64,000 nucleotides of DNA from Blastocatellia bacterium. Its GTDB lineage: Bacteria > Acidobacteriota > Blastocatellia > HR10 > J050. Below, one piece after another: positions 57,900 to 64,000 of the stretch (its first letter is position 1; the number at the start of each line of letters is the position of its first letter). The position numbers and the translations under genes are program-made. Location: contig JALSQX010000005.1 in NCBI GenBank assembly GCA_026985075.1, forward strand, positions 21,417-85,416. The letters are read 5' to 3'. Under the pieces are notes generated by a model. The model was given only the letters and a program-made list of their open reading frames with translations, ran no database searches and was not told where the DNA came from.

Positions 57900-59327
57900 A
57901 TGATGAGAATGAGCCAAAGTCACTCTCAGAATCGGCATTTCGTCTCGGTTCGGCGTCATGGATCATCAACGGCGGAGCTTCGCGCCTTGTTTTCCTCGCC
58001 CCGTCTCGTGGAGATCATCGGGCATCACTGGCGCCTGCTTCTCATGATCTTCGCGCTCGCCTTGACCCTGCGGGTTGGATTCGCCCTGACCTTGCCCGAC
58101 CGGATGATCTGGGAAGATGGGTATCGATATGAGAAAGTGGCGCTCAATCTGCTCACCACGGGCGGGTTTGGATCGTTGGAGGACAATGCGGCCTCGGTGC
58201 CTCTGCCTCCGCTGCTCATGGCGGCCATCTATGCCCTGACGGGGCGGCATCTCTGGCCTCTGCGCCTGGTCTGGGCCGTGTTGGGAGCGCTGACCTGCGT
58301 GTTGGCCTACCTGTTGGGATACAAGCTCGTGAATCATCGAGTGGGGGCATTGGCCGGACTGGTGCTGGCTGGGTATCCCTATTACGTCTACCTGAACACG
58401 ATGTGTGAGTATCCCCAGACGATCTTCATCTTCTTGATGGCGCTCTGTTTTCTGGGGCTGGTCGTCTTCGAGGAATCGCGTCGTTGGCGACCGTTGTTCG
58501 GAGGCAGTCTCTGTTTGGGTCTGGCCACGCTGGCGGTGCCGACGGTTCTGGTCTTCCTCCCCTTCGTGTTGTGGTGGCTTCTGTTCACCGCCAAACCCAG
58601 AGAACGCATCGGCATTCCGTGCCTGGTTGTGCTCATAGGAGCCTTGTCACCCCTGGCCATTTGGGCTGGCAGGAACTATCGCGCCTATGATCGGTTCGTC
58701 CTCATCAATTGCGCCGGAGGATTGAATTTCTGGAAAGGGAATAACCAGACGTACGCGACCTACGGCAAGCGAGGGACGGAGCTCGCGGCTGGAGAGACGC
58801 CGGATCCCCGCTATACCTTCCTGATCGAACTCGATCAGGTCAACCGGGAGGTCGCTGCCCTGGGGCCCATTGATTCATGGATTGAGCGCGAGCGTATTGG
58901 TTGGCGGCGAGGGATGGCTTTCATCCGCCAGGATGTTGGTCGGTTCATTCGACTCACCGGACAGAAGTTCCTTCACCTGTGGAGTCCCTATCCCGATGCC
59001 GTGAGCCACAACGGACAGAAGACGCCGGGGCGAGTCTTGCTGGCCGTGATCACCTATGGCCCGCTCCTCGTCCTCGGGATCATCGGTCTCCTCCTCAGTC
59101 TGAGCCATCACCGTCGGTTCGCTTTGATCTACGCCTACCTGGGTTCATTGGCCGGAACCTATGCCCTGTTTCTGCCGACCACGCGCTATCGGTTGCCGCT
59201 CGATTTCTTCCTGGCACTCTTTGCGGCATATGCCGTGACGCAGATGATATATCACTGGAAAGGAGGATGGTATGTCATCTTCAAATCGCGTCTCACATCC
59301 CCGGAGAGGGTCCAGGCGGGATATTGA
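57900..59327 (+). CDS. Multi-pass GT-C fold glycosyltransferase (ArnT/PMT-like)
   Basis: WEDGYRY loop, many TM helices, WAGRNY, GGLNFWKGNN, RYRLP. Confidence 0.75.
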   Translation: MMRMSQSHSQNRHFVSVRRHGSSTAELRALFSSPRLVEIIGHHWRLLLMIFALALTLRVGFALTLPDRMIWEDGYRYEKVALNLLTTGGFGSLEDNAASVPLPPLLMAAIYALTGRHLWPLRLVWAVLGALTCVLAYLLGYKLVNHRVGALAGLVLAGYPYYVYLNTMCEYPQTIFIFLMALCFLGLVVFEESRRWRPLFGGSLCLGLATLAVPTVLVFLPFVLWWLLFTAKPRERIGIPCLVVLIGALSPLAIWAGRNYRAYDRFVLINCAGGLNFWKGNNQTYATYGKRGTELAAGETPDPRYTFLIELDQVNREVAALGPIDSWIERERIGWRRGMAFIRQDVGRFIRLTGQKFLHLWSPYPDAVSHNGQKTPGRVLLAVITYGPLLVLGIIGLLLSLSHHRRFALIYAYLGSLAGTYALFLPTTRYRLPLDFFLALFAAYAVTQMIYHWKGGWYVIFKSRLTSPERVQAGY

Positions 59328-60537
59328 GGTCTCCGTCGTCATCCCCTGCTTGAATGAAGAAGCGACCATTGGTATCTGTATTCGAAAAGCCCAGGCGACG
59401 CTCCAGCGATTGGGAATCGCGGGCGAAGTGATTGTCGCCGATAATGGATCTACAGATCGCTCGGTAGAGATTGCCCAATCATTGGGGGCGCGCGTGGTGC
59501 ACGAATTCCGCAAAGGATATGGATGGGCATTGATGCGCGGATTCCGAGCCGCGCGAGGTGAATTCATCATCATGGGCGATGGCGATGACTCCTACGATTT
59601 CACCGATCTCGAGCGGTTCATCAAACCGCTTCGGGAGGGCGCCGATCTGGTCATGGGTACACGATTGAAAGGAATCATACTCCCTGGGGCCATGCCGTGG
59701 AAGAACCGGTATATTGGCAATCCTTTCCTCAGTGGATTGTTGAACATGCTGTTCCGAACCGGCGTCTCGGATTGCCACTGTGGCATGCGGGCGTTCAGGA
59801 GGGATGCGCTTCGGAAGATGCAATTGCGATGCTCGGGCATGGAGTTCGCCTCGGAGATGGTCATCAAAGCCGCCAAAGCTGGACTCCGCATTGTCGAGGT
59901 CCCCATTACCCTGTACCCCGATGGGCGAACGCGTCCGCCCCATCTGCGTCCATGGCGCGATGGCTGGCGACATCTGAAACTCATGCTCTCATTCAGTCCG
60001 ACCTGGCTTTTCTCGATTCCCGGCATTCTCCTCCTGCTGATGGGATGGCTGATCCTGTTGTGGTCGGGCGCAGCCTCCTCCTCGCCAGGCCCGTTGAGTG
60101 GGGGCGCTCATTGGGCCGCAGCGGGAAGTTTGTGCGCCATTCTCGGATATCAGGTCGTTCACCTCGGCCTGGTCGCCCGCGCCTATTCGGTCCTCCATCG
60201 CTTTCGGGAGGTGGATCGATTGTTGGATGTCATTTTCCGGTTTATCGGGCTCGAGAGAGGATTGCTCATCGGGGCGATTTTCGTCTTGCTCGGACTGGGC
60301 GTGAATGCGCACGCGGTACTCACGTGGCCTACAGATGGCGGATCTCTCCAGCACTTTCGGACCTCACTGTGTGGATCAGCGCTCATGGTCATGGGTATTC
60401 AGACGATCTTCAACGCCTTCTTGTTGAGCCTGCTCGGCGAACAATACGAGCGAAAACGCGTCCCGTCCAAGAACCAGCGTTCCCACTCGTCGCTCGCTTT
60501 GATCCATTCCCAGCGGGTCGCTCAGCAATCGTCATAG
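59272..60537 (+). CDS. GT2 glycosyltransferase (DPM1-like) with C-terminal TM helices
   Basis: VVIPCLNEE, ADNGSTD, KGYG, GDGDDSYD, GMEFASEMVIKA, WRDGWRHL. Confidence 0.9.
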   Translation: MSSSNRVSHPRRGSRRDIEVSVVIPCLNEEATIGICIRKAQATLQRLGIAGEVIVADNGSTDRSVEIAQSLGARVVHEFRKGYGWALMRGFRAARGEFIIMGDGDDSYDFTDLERFIKPLREGADLVMGTRLKGIILPGAMPWKNRYIGNPFLSGLLNMLFRTGVSDCHCGMRAFRRDALRKMQLRCSGMEFASEMVIKAAKAGLRIVEVPITLYPDGRTRPPHLRPWRDGWRHLKLMLSFSPTWLFSIPGILLLLMGWLILLWSGAASSSPGPLSGGAHWAAAGSLCAILGYQVVHLGLVARAYSVLHRFREVDRLLDVIFRFIGLERGLLIGAIFVLLGLGVNAHAVLTWPTDGGSLQHFRTSLCGSALMVMGIQTIFNAFLLSLLGEQYERKRVPSKNQRSHSSLALIHSQRVAQQSS

Positions 60538-60711
60538 CCTCGATGTGACACCACTCTTGAAGATATCCCATTCGCCGTCTCATCCAAGAGACGCTCATCA
60601 TCGAATGGCGTGAGAGAGTGAGGGAGATGCCCATCCCCGCCCTCAGGAGATGACAGGGAGAGAGTGCTCATCCATTATTCTCTCGCACCATTGAGAGATT
60701 GAGGAGGGATT

Positions 60712-61503
60712 ATGGAACCTTCAATGACCGCGTCAGTGGCCACTCATGATGGTCAGACGATGGCTGGGGAAGCGGTCGTACCAGTCCGACCGGCCACCTC
60801 CCCTCGCCGCCATCGCCTCTCCATCATCATTCCCATCTACAATGAATCGCTCAATATTGACCGGGTCGTTGCCCGCATTCAATCCGTCACATTGCCTGAG
60901 GGCGTGGAGAAGGAAATCATTCTCGTCGATGATGGATCCAATGACGGGACCTCGGAGAAGCTGGAAAAGTATAAGGATGTGGAACATATGACCGTCCACC
61001 ACACCATGCTCAATTTCGGTAAAGGGACGGCCATTCGCGTGGGGATTCGCTATGCGACTGGGGATGTGATCCTCATTCAGGATGGCGATATGGAGTACGA
61101 TCCTGACGATTATCCCAAGCTCATTCAACCTATTCTCGATGGACAGGCTGACGTCGTCTATGGGTCCCGCTTCCTGGGCAGCATTCAGAACATGCGGTGG
61201 GCTAATTTCCTCGCCAATAAGATTCTCACTCTGGCTGCGAACGTACTGTTCGGAGGGCGCATCACCGATGAAGCGACGGCCTACAAGGTGTTTCGAGCCG
61301 ACGTGCTGAAGCGGATGAACCTTAAGGCGACTCGTTTCGAGTTTTGCCCCGAGGTGACCGCCAAGGTGTTACGAGCCGGATATCGCATCCACGAGGTGCC
61401 CATCACTTATTACGGCCGATCTATCGAAGAAGGTAAAAAAATTCGCTGGTATGATGGATTCATCGCCTTGTTGACGTTGTTACGGTATCGCCTCTTCAGA
61501 TAG
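60712..61503 (+). CDS. GT2 glycosyltransferase (DPM1-like)
   Basis: IIIPIYNE, VDDGSND, GKGTAIR, QDGDMEYDP, YGSRF, EGKKIRWYDG. Confidence 0.92.
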   Translation: MEPSMTASVATHDGQTMAGEAVVPVRPATSPRRHRLSIIIPIYNESLNIDRVVARIQSVTLPEGVEKEIILVDDGSNDGTSEKLEKYKDVEHMTVHHTMLNFGKGTAIRVGIRYATGDVILIQDGDMEYDPDDYPKLIQPILDGQADVVYGSRFLGSIQNMRWANFLANKILTLAANVLFGGRITDEATAYKVFRADVLKRMNLKATRFEFCPEVTAKVLRAGYRIHEVPITYYGRSIEEGKKIRWYDGFIALLTLLRYRLFR

Positions 61504-61532
61504 CCATCGCATCCAGCAAAGGAGACGCACTC

Positions 61533-63023
61533 ATGCTGCTCATGTCACTCAGTCCGCGATATTTCCTCATTGTCCTCTTCGCCCGCAAGAGGCTCGTGTT
61601 GGGCATGTCGGCGCTCGTCTTGCTGACGGTCGTCGTCGGTTCGTTTCTCATGACGCCCACCTATGAGTCGAGCATCAAGATCTTGCTCCGACGAGAACGC
61701 ACCGATCCCGTCGTTTCACCAGAAGCAACCTCATCACCGGCGTCTGTATTACCAGAGGTGAGCGAAGCGGAGTTGAATTCGGAAGTCGAGTTACTGACCA
61801 GTCGACCTCTCTTAGCCGAAGTCGTGCGGGCAACCGGTTTAGATCGACGTCATGGCCAGAGGGAGGGGGCGCTCGGCGGGTGGATTGAGCGCATCTATCG
61901 TCAATTGCACCGGCAACCTTCCGTCCATCCGGCGGATCAGGCCGTCGACCTCCTGCGACAGCAGTTAAAGGTCATCCCCATCAAGAAGTCTAATGTCATC
62001 GAAGTGAGGTATCGAGCGAACGATCCCAAGGCGGCTGCCCAGGTGTTGAATGTCTTATCCCAACTTTACATCGACCATCACGTCAAGCTGCGGCAGGCCG
62101 CGACGGCCGCCGCATTCTATTCGGAGCAAGCCGAGGCGTTGCGGCGGAAACTGGAGGAAGTCGAATCGGAACTGCGCACTTTCGAGCTCCGACATGGTCT
62201 GGCTACCGGGGAGGAGCAGGAGTCCCTGGCTCTGCAGAAACTGGCCGATTTCAAGGCCCAGTTAGGCGAGGCTCGGGTCGACCTCCAGGGAAGCATTGAG
62301 CGCCTGCACACTCTGGAGGCTCTCTTGGCCGCTCAGCCCGAGCGCATCACCAAGGAGACGCGGACGACCTATCATAAAGGACTTGACTTATTGCGCCAAA
62401 AACTGGGAGAATTAGAGTTGAAAGAAGCCGAAATTCGGCAGAAATATAAGCCGTCGAGCCGAATGGTGAGACAGATCGAGGAGCAAGTGGCGACGCTGAG
62501 GCGATACCTGGAGAACGCCGACCAACAGCCCACCCGAGAGGTAGCCGAGGGCGTTAATGAGCTCTATCTGACGTTGAAAAACGATCTCATGCGGACGCGG
62601 GCCGAGGTCGCTATGCAACGGGAGCGAGTCAATGCTCTGGCCCGGCTCGTTCAATCGTATGAACAGGGACTGCGCGAATATCGCAAGAACAGCTACCAAC
62701 AGAGGAGTTTGAGCCGCGTGCGGGATGTGATCGAGAAAACCTATGTGGCGTACTTGAAGAAGGCAATGGAAGCACGATTGGCGCAAGCTCTGGATCAGCA
62801 AAAGATCGTCAATGTGAGTATCGCAGAATCGGCGATACCCAATTATCGGCCCGTGAGCCCTAACCTGTTTCTCAATGGCATCCTCGGCCTGGTGGTGGGT
62901 CTTTTTTCCAGCGTCGCTATGGCGTTCGGATTGGAGTATGTCGAACGTCCGGTCAGAACGGGGGAGATCATCGAGCACGAGCTCCAGCTGAAAGTTCTCG
63001 CAGCACTCCCAGCGAAGCGGTAG
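61533..63023 (+). CDS. Polysaccharide co-polymerase / chain-length determinant (GumC/Wzz type, no fused kinase)
   Basis: N-terminal TM + PTYES, SEVELLTS, SNVIEVRY, coiled coil, PVSPN + C-terminal TM, LKVLAALP. Confidence 0.88.
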   Translation: MLLMSLSPRYFLIVLFARKRLVLGMSALVLLTVVVGSFLMTPTYESSIKILLRRERTDPVVSPEATSSPASVLPEVSEAELNSEVELLTSRPLLAEVVRATGLDRRHGQREGALGGWIERIYRQLHRQPSVHPADQAVDLLRQQLKVIPIKKSNVIEVRYRANDPKAAAQVLNVLSQLYIDHHVKLRQAATAAAFYSEQAEALRRKLEEVESELRTFELRHGLATGEEQESLALQKLADFKAQLGEARVDLQGSIERLHTLEALLAAQPERITKETRTTYHKGLDLLRQKLGELELKEAEIRQKYKPSSRMVRQIEEQVATLRRYLENADQQPTREVAEGVNELYLTLKNDLMRTRAEVAMQRERVNALARLVQSYEQGLREYRKNSYQQRSLSRVRDVIEKTYVAYLKKAMEARLAQALDQQKIVNVSIAESAIPNYRPVSPNLFLNGILGLVVGLFSSVAMAFGLEYVERPVRTGEIIEHELQLKVLAALPAKR

Positions 63024-63038
63024 GAGGATGAGCGGATC

Positions 63039-64000
63039 ATGTACATCGAACACTTCGGATTCAAAGAAGACCCATTTGGCGTGAGCCCCGATCCCCGTTT
63101 TCTCTATCTCGGCCCTGTGCATCATGAGGCGTTCGCTGCCTTGCTCTATGGCATCAAGATGCGGCGCGGGTTCATGTGCCTGATTGGCGAACCGGGCACG
63201 GGCAAGACCACGTTGTTATATGCTCTGCTCGAACGCCTGGAGGATCATTTGAAGACGGTCTTTCTCCCCGGAACCGATTTGACCTTCAAACAGCGGCTGC
63301 AGTTCATCATCGAATCCCTGAGCGGACGACAGACCGATGGGACGGTGTTGAGCTTGACGCGACAACTCCAGGATATACTGGCCGAAGAGTGGCGCGCCGG
63401 CAGCAACGTGGTGCTCATCTTTGATGAGGCCCAGAATCTCGCCGTGCGGGAGATGGAGGATATTCGCTTGTTGACCAACTTCGAAATTCCTCAGGCGAAG
63501 CTCCTCCAAGTCATCCTGGTCGGTCAACCGGGATTGAAAGAGAAGTTAGCCCTGCCCGAGCTCGCCCAGCTCAAACAACGTATCACGGTGAACGTGAGTC
63601 TACGGCCATTGACGCTCATGGAGACGGGAGAGTATATCGAGCACCGTCTGCGCGTGGCCGGATGGGCGAAGCCCCTTCATGAACTCTTTCAGCGTCCGGT
63701 GATCACTGCCATCTACGAGGCGTCTCGAGGTGTGCCGCGCCTGATCAATGCCGTGTGCCATAATGCCCTCCTCATTGCTTATGCAGAGAATAAGATGCGC
63801 ATCGAAATTCCCATGATCGAGGAGGCGGCGACGGAACTCGACCTTGTCGAAGTAGCGGAGAGAGGCAAACTGGTCGCCAGGCCGTTGGAATCATCCCTCC
63901 CTTCGGTGGGGGCTCCGGTTCCGGTGGAAGGTCCATCGACGCCTCCCGCCGTAGAGGCCATGCGCCCGATGGAATCCCCATCTCCGGTAGAACGCTCGGA
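63039..64000 (+). CDS. ExeA/GspA-type AAA ATPase (3' truncated; absent from the ORF track)
   Basis: Hand translation from ATG 63039: MYIEHFGFKEDPFGVSPDPRFLYL, GEPGTGKTT, IFDEAQNL, ILVGQP, YIEHRLRVAG, GVPRLINAVC. Confidence 0.9.
   Translation, partial: MYIEHFGFKEDPFGVSPDPRFLYLGPVHHEAFAALLYGIKMRRGFMCLIGEPGTGKTTLLYALLERLEDHLKTVFLPGTDLTFKQRLQFIIESLSGRQTDGTVLSLTRQLQDILAEEWRAGSNVVLIFDEAQNLAVREMEDIRLLTNFEIPQAKLLQVILVGQPGLKEKLALPELAQLKQRITVNVSLRPLTLMETGEYIEHRLRVAGWAKPLHELFQRPVITAIYEASRGVPRLINAVCHNALLIAYAENKMRIEIPMIEEAATELDLVEVAERGKLVARPLESSLPSVGAPVPVEGPSTPPAVEAMRPMESPSPVERS

Overview
About 60% GC bacterial chromosomal DNA, most likely from an Acidobacteriota member. The taxon is inferred from a GWxTD protein, an acidobacterial-type VWA protein and a TPR-bearing Ser/Thr kinase; archease, RtcB and a THEP1-type NTPase hint at a thermophile. 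Housekeeping genes (rimP-nusA-infB-rbfA-DHH, rlmN, der, proC, tatAC, hpt, deoB) are interspersed with accessory loci: two broken genes at the left end, an rtcB-COG0523-archease cluster, a membrane protein with a GrpE-like C-terminus, a DUF1800/DUF1501 pair, a Fur-boxed FTR1/MacB-type iron-uptake operon whose ATPase is fused to a DtxR-like metal-binding domain, and a sigma54-controlled signalling and exopolysaccharide region that runs off the right edge. The most striking candidate is at 34.7-37.7 kb. A TPR + Fis-type HTH regulator is followed by a small secreted pro-peptide carrying two copies of RESHAG that differ only at synonymous codon positions. Divergently there is an uncalled 36-aa hydrophobic peptide ORF and an ECF sigma factor. 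The layout resembles RRNPP peptide quorum sensing but with inverted domain order, in a probable diderm. No rRNA, tRNA, CRISPR array or transposase was recognised. All assignments are from motif reading by eye, without database searches.
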